32,000 bases of DNA from Thermincola sp. (GTDB taxonomy: Bacteria; Bacillota; Thermincolia; Thermincolales; UBA2595): assembly GCA_032027005.1 (NCBI GenBank), contig JAVSMW010000015.1, forward strand, positions 10,354 to 42,353, given 5' to 3'. Within the stretch, counting starts at the first letter, position 1. Each line of letters opens with the position of its first letter. Position numbers and translations under genes: made by a program. Below the pieces are notes generated by a model. The model was not told where the DNA came from. It saw nothing but the letters and a program-made list of their open reading frames with translations, and searched no databases. Of the stretch, positions 19,905-28,322 are shown piece after piece.

Positions 19905-19979
19905 TGGGTAGAAAAAAGGCGAGTTAGGGAACACTAACCACTGACCGCTCACCACTCATCACTCACCACTCCCCACTAC
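19873..19979. repeat. GTGAGTAG-type imperfect palindromic repeat (tpiA 3' end / gpmI upstream)
   Basis: GTAGTGGAGAGTGGAGAGTGGGGAGTGAGTAGTGGGTAG ... ACCACTGACCGCTCACCACTCATCACTCACCACTCCCCACTAC form largely complementary arms. Confidence 0.8.
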
Positions 19980-20005
19980 AATGAATCAGGGAGGTGGCGT
20001 TATTA

Positions 20006-21553
20006 GTGGCGGCTGACCGAAAACCGTTAATGTTATTAATCCTGGATGGCTGGGGAATTAGCCGGGAAAAAGAGGGAAATGCAGTCGCTCAGGCCAATAC
20101 CCCCTATTTTGACAGCTTGATCTCTACATATCCTAATACCTTCCTGCAGGCCGGAGGTGAAGATGCCGGGCTGCCGGAAGGCCAAATGGGAAATTCAGAG
20201 GTGGGTCACCTTAATATTGGAGCAGGCCGGATAGTCTATCAGGACTTTACCCGGATTTCGAAATCCATCCGGGAAGGTGAATTTTTCAGCAACGAGGTTC
20301 TCCTGGCAGCTTTAAAAAATGCACGGGAAAAGGGGACTGCCCTGCATTTGATCGGTCTGCTTTCCGACGGTGGTGTGCACAGTCATATTACCCACCTTTA
20401 TGCTTTGCTGGAAATGGCCAAGCAGTGCGGGCTGTCAAGAGTCTTTGTCCATGCCCTGCTGGATGGGCGTGATGTACCCCCGGCCAATGCCAGGGAATAC
20501 ATTGATGCTTTGGAAAACAAATTTAAAGAGCTGGGCATCGGGGCTATCGCCACTGTGATGGGGCGTTATTATGCCATGGACCGTGACAAGAGATGGGACA
20601 GGGTTGAAAAAGCATATCATGCCATGACTTTAGGGGAGGGCTTAAAAGCAACCCTGGCCTCAGGGGCCGTTGCCCGTTCATATGAAGAAGGCAATACAGA
20701 TGAATTTGTGCTGCCCACAGTTATCAGTAAGCCGCCAGGGCAGCCGGTGGGCGTAATAAGTGACGGGGATTCGGTTATTTTCTTTAATTTCCGCCCTGAC
20801 AGGGCCAGGGAAATTACCAGAGCCTTCGTAGATGAAGATTTTACCGGTTTTCCACGCCGGCCGGGTTTTCCCAAAGTTCATTATGTGTGCATGACACAAT
20901 ATGACAAGACTATTAATGCCCCTGTTGCCTTCAGACCGCAGACCCTGGCCAATACCCTGGGGGAATACCTCGGCAGGCAGGGACTTAGGCAGCTCAGGAT
21001 TGCCGAAACTGAGAAATATGCTCATGTGACCTTCTTTTTCAACGGGGGGGTAGAGCCCCCCAATGAGGGCGAGGAACGGATTCTGATCCCTTCTCCCAAA
21101 GTGGCCACCTATGACATTAAGCCTGAAATGAGTGCTTATGAGGTAACCGAGGCGGTACTTAAGGAGATTGATGCAGATACGTTTGACGTTATAATTCAAA
21201 ACTTTGCCAATCCTGATATGGTGGGGCATACAGGTGTGATGGAAGCTGCAGTTAAAGCAGTGGAGGTCATTGATGATTGTTTGTCCAGGATAGTGGAAAA
21301 GGTGAAAGCCCGGAATGGCATCGTATTAATTACGGCAGACCATGGGAATGCTGAGCAAATGGTTGATGCCGGGGATGGGCAGCCTTTTACCGCCCATACA
21401 ACGAACCCGGTCCCCTTTATTTATATTGATGACCGGCATAAAAATGCCAGGCTCAAGGAAGGCCGGCTGGAAGACATAGCTCCTACCATGCTCAGGCTGC
21501 TGGGACTTGAGATACCTGCAGAGATGACGGGTAAGCCCCTGATAGGCAGGTAA
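20006..21553 (+). CDS. gpmI: 2,3-bisphosphoglycerate-independent phosphoglycerate mutase
   Basis: [27 protein letters not shown]; [24 protein letters not shown]; [14 protein letters not shown] 20006 is preferred because GGGAGG overlaps the upstream GTG 19994. Confidence 0.96.
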   Translation: MAADRKPLMLLILDGWGISREKEGNAVAQANTPYFDSLISTYPNTFLQAGGEDAGLPEGQMGNSEVGHLNIGAGRIVYQDFTRISKSIREGEFFSNEVLLAALKNAREKGTALHLIGLLSDGGVHSHITHLYALLEMAKQCGLSRVFVHALLDGRDVPPANAREYIDALENKFKELGIGAIATVMGRYYAMDRDKRWDRVEKAYHAMTLGEGLKATLASGAVARSYEEGNTDEFVLPTVISKPPGQPVGVISDGDSVIFFNFRPDRAREITRAFVDEDFTGFPRRPGFPKVHYVCMTQYDKTINAPVAFRPQTLANTLGEYLGRQGLRQLRIAETEKYAHVTFFFNGGVEPPNEGEERILIPSPKVATYDIKPEMSAYEVTEAVLKEIDADTFDVIIQNFANPDMVGHTGVMEAAVKAVEVIDDCLSRIVEKVKARNGIVLITADHGNAEQMVDAGDGQPFTAHTTNPVPFIYIDDRHKNARLKEGRLEDIAPTMLRLLGLEIPAEMTGKPLIGR

Positions 21554-22897
<1,344 letters not shown>

Positions 22898-22920
22898 CAC
22901 TTTCATAATAAAATAGTAAT

Positions 22921-22969
22921 AATAACAAGTCTGCAGTCATAGAAGTATTAGGGGTGCAGACTTGTTATT
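22921..22969. terminator. Terminator after the glycolytic cluster
   Basis: Perfect 15-bp inverted repeat AATAACAAGTCTGCA (22921-22935) / TGCAGACTTGTTATT (22955-22969), followed by CCTATTTTT. Confidence 0.8.
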
Positions 22970-23025
22970 CCTATTTTTGCTGTAGTCAAAAGGTTTTGAA
23001 TCTTCTTGATATTGCCTGAATTATG

Positions 23026-23054
23026 TTGTTTTTTTATGTTTTCTATGGTATAAT
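23026..23054 (+). promoter_or_regulatory. SigA-type promoter for hppA (-35 TTGTTT, 17-bp spacer, extended -10 TGG TATAAT)
   Basis: TTGTTT at 23026-23031, TATAAT at 23049-23054, TG motif immediately upstream. Confidence 0.7.
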
Positions 23055-23204
23055 TGACCATCATGGGTTGAGCTGGTTTGGGGGTTGTAGACTACATATC
23101 AGGTTTACTTGTTTGACCGTCAGCCCATGTGAAAATAGGGGTTAGAGACAAAGCACCCCAGGGTTATCCTAAAATACAAAGTATGAGGAGAGTGAGAGTT
23201 TCCA

Positions 23205-25310
23205 ATGAATTTAAGTGATCCGACTAGTGCTTTGGCTTGGTTATCATTTGGCGCAGGTATCATTTCTCTTATCGTAGCGTTCTTATTCCTTGCCAATGTA
23301 CTAAAGCAAGACCCGGGTACTCCGAGAATGAAGGAATTATCCGACGCTATCTTTGAAGGGGCAATGGCATTTCTAAACCGCCAGTACAAATCTATGGCTC
23401 CGATTGTAGCTATCATTTTCATTATTCTTTTGGCTGTTGGCATGACAAACCCTGCCTTGTTAATGGAAGTAAAAGATGAGAGTATTGATTTGACAAGTAT
23501 GTCAACTAAACTGGCCCTGCCTATCTCATTCCTGGTAGGTGCAGTTGCATCAGCAATTGCCGGATACTGTGGGATGGTTAGTACAACTAAATCAAATGCC
23601 CGTACAACCCACGCTGCCCGTAAAGGTCTGCAAAGAGCCCTGACCATTGCCTTCCGCGGTGGTGCTGTTATGGGTCTGTCAGTTGCAGGTCTCGGTTTGG
23701 CCGGTGTATCAGGACTTTATTTATTGTTTGGAAATCCGGCAGTTATCAACAGTTTCGCCTTTGGAGCCAGCGCCGTAGCTCTGTTTGCGCGGATTGGCGG
23801 TGGTATTTATACCAAAGCTGCTGACGTAGGTGCTGACCTCGTTGGTAAAGTTGAAGCCGGAATCCCCGAAGATGACCCGCGGAACCCCGCTGTTATCGCT
23901 GACAACGTAGGTGATAACGTTGGTGACACCGCCGGTATGGGTGCTGACTTGTTTGAGTCCTATGCTGCAACTGCTATTGCTGCCATGGTTATTGGTAACA
24001 AGGTTCTTGGCATTGAGGGTGTACTTTTCCCACTGTTGATCGGTGCTATAGGTATTATCGCTTCTATCATCAGTACTGCTTTTGTACGTATGAGCAGCGA
24101 AGACTCCAACCCACAGACTGCATTGAATATGGGTCTGTATGGAACCAACATTCTCACAGCCATAGCAGGTTACTTCCTGGCGAAAGCTCTGTTTGGTGAT
24201 GTAGCCATGGGTATTTTCATCGGTATTGTTATGGGTCTTGTAACCAATATCGCTATTGGCTATATTACTGAGTTATATACTTCTTATAATTATCGTCCGG
24301 CTCAGGAAATTGCTGAGGCGTCCCAGACCGGTCCGGCCACTAACATCATCAAGGGTCTGGCTGTTGGTCTGAAGTCTACAGTTTATCCGGTGCTGGTTAT
24401 CGTTATAGCTATCTGGGTGTCTTATTTCTTTGCTGAAAATGCCGGAGAACACCTAGGAATCTATGGTATCGCCATGGCTGCCATGGGGATGCTCTCAACT
24501 GCAGGTATGGTTGTAGCCATCGACTCCTTCGGTCCGGTAGCTGACAACGCCGGTGGTATTGCTGAAATGGCAGAACTGGGACCGGAAGTTCGGAAGAACA
24601 CCGACCGCCTGGATGCTGTTGGTAACACAACTGCTGCAGTGGCCAAAGGTTTCGCTATCGGTTCTGCAGCTTTAACAGCTCTGGCTCTGTTTACCGCCTA
24701 TGCTGAGTCTGCAGGTTTAGCTGAAGCAGGCATCAACATTCTGGAGCCCATTGTTATTATCGGTCTGTTTATCGGTGCAACTGTACCCTTCCTTGTAGCA
24801 TCATTTGCTATGGAGGCTGTTGGTAAAGCTGCTTTTGAAATGATTGACGAAGTACGCCGTCAGTTCCGTGAGATTCCCGGCCTGATGGAAGGTAAAGCCA
24901 AGCCCGACTATGCCCGCTGTGTTGACATCAGTACCCGGGCTGCTATCAAGCAAATGGTTGCTCCCGGTCTCGTGGCAATTGGTACCCCTGTAGTTGTTGG
25001 CTTCCTCCTGGGACCTCTGGCTCTCGGTGCTGTGCTGGCCGGTGGTACCGCTTCCGGTGTGTTACTGGCCCTCTTCATGGCTAACGCCGGTGGTGCCTGG
25101 GATAACGCTAAGAAATATATTGAGACCGGCAAATTAGGCGGCAAAGGCAGCGAAGTTCACAAAGCGGCAGTTACCGGTGACACCGTAGGTGACCCCTTCA
25201 AGGATACAGCCGGTCCTGCCATGAACCCGCTGATCAAGGTTATGGGGACTATCTCCCTGATCTTGGCTCCGATTGTGGCGAAGGTGTACTTGTTCAAAGA
25301 TCTGATCTAA
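23205..25310 (+). CDS. hppA: Membrane-bound ion-translocating pyrophosphatase
   Basis: [56 protein letters not shown]; [24 protein letters not shown]; [23 protein letters not shown]. Confidence 0.97.
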   Translation: MNLSDPTSALAWLSFGAGIISLIVAFLFLANVLKQDPGTPRMKELSDAIFEGAMAFLNRQYKSMAPIVAIIFIILLAVGMTNPALLMEVKDESIDLTSMSTKLALPISFLVGAVASAIAGYCGMVSTTKSNARTTHAARKGLQRALTIAFRGGAVMGLSVAGLGLAGVSGLYLLFGNPAVINSFAFGASAVALFARIGGGIYTKAADVGADLVGKVEAGIPEDDPRNPAVIADNVGDNVGDTAGMGADLFESYAATAIAAMVIGNKVLGIEGVLFPLLIGAIGIIASIISTAFVRMSSEDSNPQTALNMGLYGTNILTAIAGYFLAKALFGDVAMGIFIGIVMGLVTNIAIGYITELYTSYNYRPAQEIAEASQTGPATNIIKGLAVGLKSTVYPVLVIVIAIWVSYFFAENAGEHLGIYGIAMAAMGMLSTAGMVVAIDSFGPVADNAGGIAEMAELGPEVRKNTDRLDAVGNTTAAVAKGFAIGSAALTALALFTAYAESAGLAEAGINILEPIVIIGLFIGATVPFLVASFAMEAVGKAAFEMIDEVRRQFREIPGLMEGKAKPDYARCVDISTRAAIKQMVAPGLVAIGTPVVVGFLLGPLALGAVLAGGTASGVLLALFMANAGGAWDNAKKYIETGKLGGKGSEVHKAAVTGDTVGDPFKDTAGPAMNPLIKVMGTISLILAPIVAKVYLFKDLI

Positions 25311-25313
25311 TTT

Positions 25314-25360
25314 GCAAATAGATTGAGGGTGCAGAGGAATCTGCACCCTCAATTATTTGC
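25314..25360. terminator. Strong hairpin downstream of hppA
   Basis: ATTGAGGGTGCAG (25322-25334) / CTGCACCCTCAAT (25341-25353), extended by GCAAAT/ATTTGC; 6-nt loop. No clear T-tract. Confidence 0.6.
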
Positions 25361-25382
25361 GATGCATGCTATGTGCATGCAG

Positions 25383-25490
25383 GTGAAAATGCCCTCTGGC
25401 TTCGTTGCGCTGGCCGACCCAATCCTCAACGTACAACTAGTACGCCTCCGGTTGGGTCGGCCAGTGCGCCTTGCCAGAGGGCATTTTCAC
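25383..25490. repeat. Long hairpin element, copy A of a two-copy family with a conserved tip
   Basis: 18-bp perfect stem GTGAAAATGCCCTCTGGC/GCCAGAGGGCATTTTCAC; 12-bp stem TGGCCGACCCAA/TTGGGTCGGCCA; tip AATCCTCAACGTAC aacta GTACGCCTCCGGTT. Confidence 0.85.
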
Positions 25491-25542
25491 ACCTCTGGGT
25501 CGGAAATTTGGCCAATAATATTTATGCAAGATTCTTTGGTAA

Positions 25543-25880
25543 CTCAGCTAAATTTTTGCTTACCAGTGAATCCGAGCAGTTATTACCGTTTGCGGAAGTT
25601 TCCCTTGGGCGGCATCGTTATGAATCTTGCTGTAAAGCGGAGAGCAGCAAGCCGGGGAGTCCCCGTATGTCCGCAGACGGCGAAGGCCGCCGGGAAGTTT
25701 CGCTGGCTATAATCGCGAAATGGGAGGCGGCCCTCTCATAAGGAATGCATTCTGAGCCGTCAAGTTCGGGGACGCCGGCTTGCTGCCGGAGCTTTACAGC
25801 TAGATGAATAGATGCCGCCCTAGGAAACTGGAGCAAACGGTAATACCTGCGGTGGATTATGGTGAGCAGAAAATTGAGGG
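25543..25880. repeat. Large imperfect palindrome (about 330 nt), non-coding
   Basis: Paired blocks 25581-25593/25833-25845, 25597-25603/25823-25829, 25607-25616/25811-25820, 25629-25638/25791-25800, 25644-25655/25775-25786, 25659-25665/25767-25773, 25685-25691/25726-25732 and 25698-25703/25715-25720; apical loop 25704-25714. Confidence 0.85.
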
Positions 25881-25908
25881 AAGCTAAGAATAATCTTAAG
25901 CCCAACAC

Positions 25909-25937
25909 TTGCTTTCAACAAACTGCCGGGTTATAAT
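25909..25937 (+). promoter_or_regulatory. Putative SigA promoter for gntR (-35 TTGCTT, 17 bp, -10 TATAAT)
   Basis: TTGCTT 25909-25914; TATAAT 25932-25937. Confidence 0.55.
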
Positions 25938-25940
25938 ATA

Positions 25941-25964
25941 AGTGTATTAGTGTACTAGTACAGC
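25941..25964. promoter_or_regulatory. Putative operator for the adjacent GntR/YtrA-type regulator
   Basis: AGTGTATTAGTGTACTAGTACAGC contains repeated GTRYTAGT half-sites and the palindrome GTACTAGTAC, just downstream of the -10. Confidence 0.45.
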
Positions 25965-25981
25965 ATGAGGAGGCGGAGCAG

Positions 25982-26371
25982 TTGTGGTTTCATGTTGATC
26001 CCTCAAGTGGAGTGCCGATATATTTACAGATACTTAACCAGGTGAAACGAGCGGCTGCTTCAGGCATGCTCAAACCCGGAGACCAGATGCCTTCGGTGCG
26101 GGAACTGGCTACTGAACTCACCGTAAACCCCAATACCATTGCCAAAGCTTATCGGGAACTGGAACGCGACGGGGTGATTAAGACAGTACGCGGTGTAGGC
26201 ACCTTCGTGGCTGAAACAGAAGTTAAAATTGTCCATGAGGAACGGGTCAAGGTTATTTATAATGCCATTGACAAAGTACTTGTCGAAGCCCATTACCTGG
26301 GATTTAACGAAAATGAGGTCAGACAGTTTATAGATGATCGCATCAGGGAATGGAAGGAGAGGAAAAAGTGA
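25982..26371 (+). CDS. GntR family transcriptional regulator, YtrA-like (short C-domain)
   Basis: PIYLQILNQVKRAAASGMLKPGDQMPSVRELATELTVNPNTIAKAYRELERDGVIKTVRGVGTFVAE; RBS GAGGAGGCGG before TTG. Confidence 0.92.
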   Translation: MWFHVDPSSGVPIYLQILNQVKRAAASGMLKPGDQMPSVRELATELTVNPNTIAKAYRELERDGVIKTVRGVGTFVAETEVKIVHEERVKVIYNAIDKVLVEAHYLGFNENEVRQFIDDRIREWKERKK

Positions 26372-26529
26372 TGATGGAAATTGCTATAAAAACCAGCGAG
26401 TTAACCAAAAGCTATGCCGTCATTCAGGCTATTAATGGTCTGAATCTGCAGGTTAACAAGGGAAGTATATACGGTTTCCTGGGCCGGAATGGGGCAGGCA
26501 AAACTACTACTATCGGTAATGTTGTTTGA
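26371..26529 (+). pseudogene. Truncated ABC transporter ATP-binding protein (ends just after Walker A)
   Basis: MMEIAIKTSELTKSYAVIQAINGLNLQVNKGSIYGFLGRNGAGKTTTIGNVV*; start overlaps the gntR stop; no Q-loop, signature or Walker B follows. Confidence 0.85.
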
Positions 26530-26535
26530 GAAAAA

Positions 26536-26751
26536 ATGAAAAGTGCGTTAGCTTCCATCTTTACCGTGTTTTTGCTGCAAATATCATCTTGGCTGCCGTT
26601 CTCAAAAAAATTCTCAATTTTTTATCATATGTCAGGGCCGGGGATTTATTCCGGACATGGCTTCCCGTATATAACCCTGGTGGTTTTGGCAGCAATATCG
26701 GCACCACTTTACTATCTTGGCAGAACGAGATTTGTGAGCAGGGACTTTTAA
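26536..26751 (+). pseudogene. Probable C-terminal remnant of the ABC permease partner
   Basis: MKSALASIFTVFLLQISSWLPFSKKFSIFYHMSGPGIYSGHGFPYITLVVLAAISAPLYYLGRTRFVSRDF; hydrophobic C-terminal segment followed by a basic RFVSRDF tail typical of ABC-2-like permeases. Confidence 0.45.
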
Positions 26752-26810
26752 AACCATGGCTGGAATGGAAGAGTCAGGTTTGTTTACCGTTAATGAAAAG
26801 GAGGGGCATT

Positions 26811-27692
26811 ATGACAATCTATAAACCGACACCAGGTAAAGGATTTTTTTGGAGCGTTATTTTTATGATATTTGTGACCGGTGCTGTGGCTGCGCCTCTG
26901 ATAATCAGTACAGTCAGCGGCACGCCGCGGCTGGAGTTCCAGCTTATCATGGGTGGGGTCCTGGTATTGGTCCTGGGGATTTTTGGATATCTGGCCTGGA
27001 CGGCAAAAAATCTCACGTATGAGATTAATAAGGAAAACATGACAATTAAATGGGCTTTTAACAGGAAGACTATACCACTGACCAGTATCAAAGGCATTAA
27101 CCGGGTGGTTGGCAATAGTGCCACCAAAGTAGTAGGGGCCAGTCTGCCGGGTTTGCATATCGGGTCCTTCACCAGTCCAACGGGAAAAGGCTCAATAAAT
27201 CTTTTTGCCACCAGGCTATGGGGAGAAATCCTGCTTATCCGGACCAAATGGGAATTAATCGGAATTACCCCGGAAAACCCCGAAGAGTACCTGGAAGAAT
27301 TGTCTGCCAAAGTACCAGGCCTTAACTCTGACGGCCTGGCCGGTTTAGATCATAATCCCGCACCTTTTTCGCCCTGGCAGGCAAAACACTTCCTGGCCGT
27401 GATGGGCTTAACGGCAGCGACCATAATTGGTACAGGAATATACCTCTTGAAAACTATTCCAGCCCTGCCGGCAAAAATCCCAATGCACTATGATTTTTAC
27501 GGTCAGGTCAACCGCTATGGCTCTCCCAGTGAATTATGGGTAATTTATGGGATTGGGGTTGGCATAGTGGCTTTCATGATAATCCTCATGAGCACAGTTG
27601 TCAGAAACAACCGGACATCAGCATATTTGATGGCTTATACGTCGCTATTCATTGCCATCTTGTTTTCGGTAATCAGTATAGCTATTGGATAA
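26811..27692 (+). CDS. Membrane protein with bacterial PH-like region and DUF1648-like C-terminal part
   Basis: ORF 26526-27692; ATG 26811 with AGGAGGGG. LTYEINKENMTIKWAFNRKTIPLTSIKGINRV is PH-like; LPAKIPMHYDFYGQVNRYGSPSE is DUF1648-like. Confidence 0.75.
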   Translation: MTIYKPTPGKGFFWSVIFMIFVTGAVAAPLIISTVSGTPRLEFQLIMGGVLVLVLGIFGYLAWTAKNLTYEINKENMTIKWAFNRKTIPLTSIKGINRVVGNSATKVVGASLPGLHIGSFTSPTGKGSINLFATRLWGEILLIRTKWELIGITPENPEEYLEELSAKVPGLNSDGLAGLDHNPAPFSPWQAKHFLAVMGLTAATIIGTGIYLLKTIPALPAKIPMHYDFYGQVNRYGSPSELWVIYGIGVGIVAFMIILMSTVVRNNRTSAYLMAYTSLFIAILFSVISIAIG

Positions 27693-27696
27693 GAAG

Positions 27697-27774
27697 TGAC
27701 CTGTTGTTAGTGGCGATTTGACAAGTGAGAGGCGATCTTCACTAACCACTCGCCCTAACAACTAACCACTAAAA
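27697..27774. repeat. Palindromic repeat of the ACTAACCACTCGCC / GTTAGTGG type
   Basis: GTTGTTAG (27703-27710) / CTAACAAC (27754-27761), and AGTGGCGA / CGCC..ACCACT. Confidence 0.6.
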
Positions 27775-27785
27775 TGTATTTTCTG

Positions 27786-27814
27786 TTGCCAATGCGGACA
27801 AAATATGCTAAAAT
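27786..27814 (+). promoter_or_regulatory. SigA-type promoter upstream of secG (TTGCCA, 17 bp, TGc-TAAAAT)
   Basis: TTGCCA 27786-27791; TAAAAT 27809-27814, extended -10. Confidence 0.6.
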
Positions 27815-27852
27815 TTAAATGTTGATTTTGTAAATCACCGGGAGGTGATATT

Positions 27853-28092
27853 TTGAACGCTTTACGCATTATTGTTTCGATGTTTCATATAATTTTTGCA
27901 CTTGGTGTAGTTGTTACCGTCTTGCTACAGTCTGGTAAAAGTGCCGGTTTATCCGGATCTATAGCCGGTGGTGCAGAAACCTTTTTTGGCAAAAAAAAGG
28001 GTATGGATGAGTTTCTCGGCAAATTATCCGCCGGTTTCGCAGTTGGTTTCCTGCTGACTTCTTTATTACTTAGCGTACCAGCATTAAGATAG
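27853..28092 (+). CDS. secG: Preprotein translocase subunit SecG
   Basis: Two hydrophobic segments flanking VLLQSGKSAGLSGSIAGGAETFFGKKKGMDEFLGKLS; RBS GGGAGGTGAT; TTG start. Confidence 0.93.
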   Translation: MNALRIIVSMFHIIFALGVVVTVLLQSGKSAGLSGSIAGGAETFFGKKKGMDEFLGKLSAGFAVGFLLTSLLLSVPALR

Positions 28093-28110
28093 TTGTTTGG
28101 GGATGATTAG

Positions 28111-28137
28111 TAGTGCCGTTTATCGGCACTATTTTTA
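28111..28137 (+). terminator. Rho-independent terminator after secG
   Basis: TAGTGCCG ttat CGGCACTA + TTTTTATTT. Confidence 0.8.
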
Positions 28138-28322
28138 TTTACACATGGAAAAGAGTTTACCTGGTGAAAAATTTCGGGACAGCTGTCAAGGCTGAATGGT
28201 ATAATATTTAGTAAATGGCCATGAAGGATATTCACGATGTTTTGGGGCTGTAATAATTCGATTAACGACTGCGTTTGCCAATTTAACAAGGTGGGCAGAC
28301 TAAGGACAAAGAAGGTGACGAA

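Noticed and set aside
19873-19979. CRISPR-like array at the tpiA-gpmI junction
   Set aside because: The short GTGAGTAG-like units have no unique spacers and form one imperfect palindrome; there are no cas genes.
23120-23647. 175-aa minus-strand ORF overlapping the hppA leader and 5' end
   Set aside because: Antisense to a very strong CDS (hppA), no family features and no RBS logic; long open frames opposite GC-balanced genes are expected.
25383-25490. Simple Rho-independent terminator for hppA
   Set aside because: It lacks a T-tract, follows another strong hairpin, and shares a 28-nt tip with a distant inverted copy, none of which a simple terminator explains.
25323-25908. ORFs 25323-25712 (+), 25373-25741 (+) and 25618-25908 (-)
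   Set aside because: They are translations of the hairpins and the large palindrome; the two strands give similar peptides because of the inverted repeat, not because of coding.
26526-26810. N-terminal 95 codons of the ORF-track entry 26526-27692
   Set aside because: The translation here reads out-of-frame remnants of the ABC permease region; the strong RBS and ATG at 26811 define the real start.
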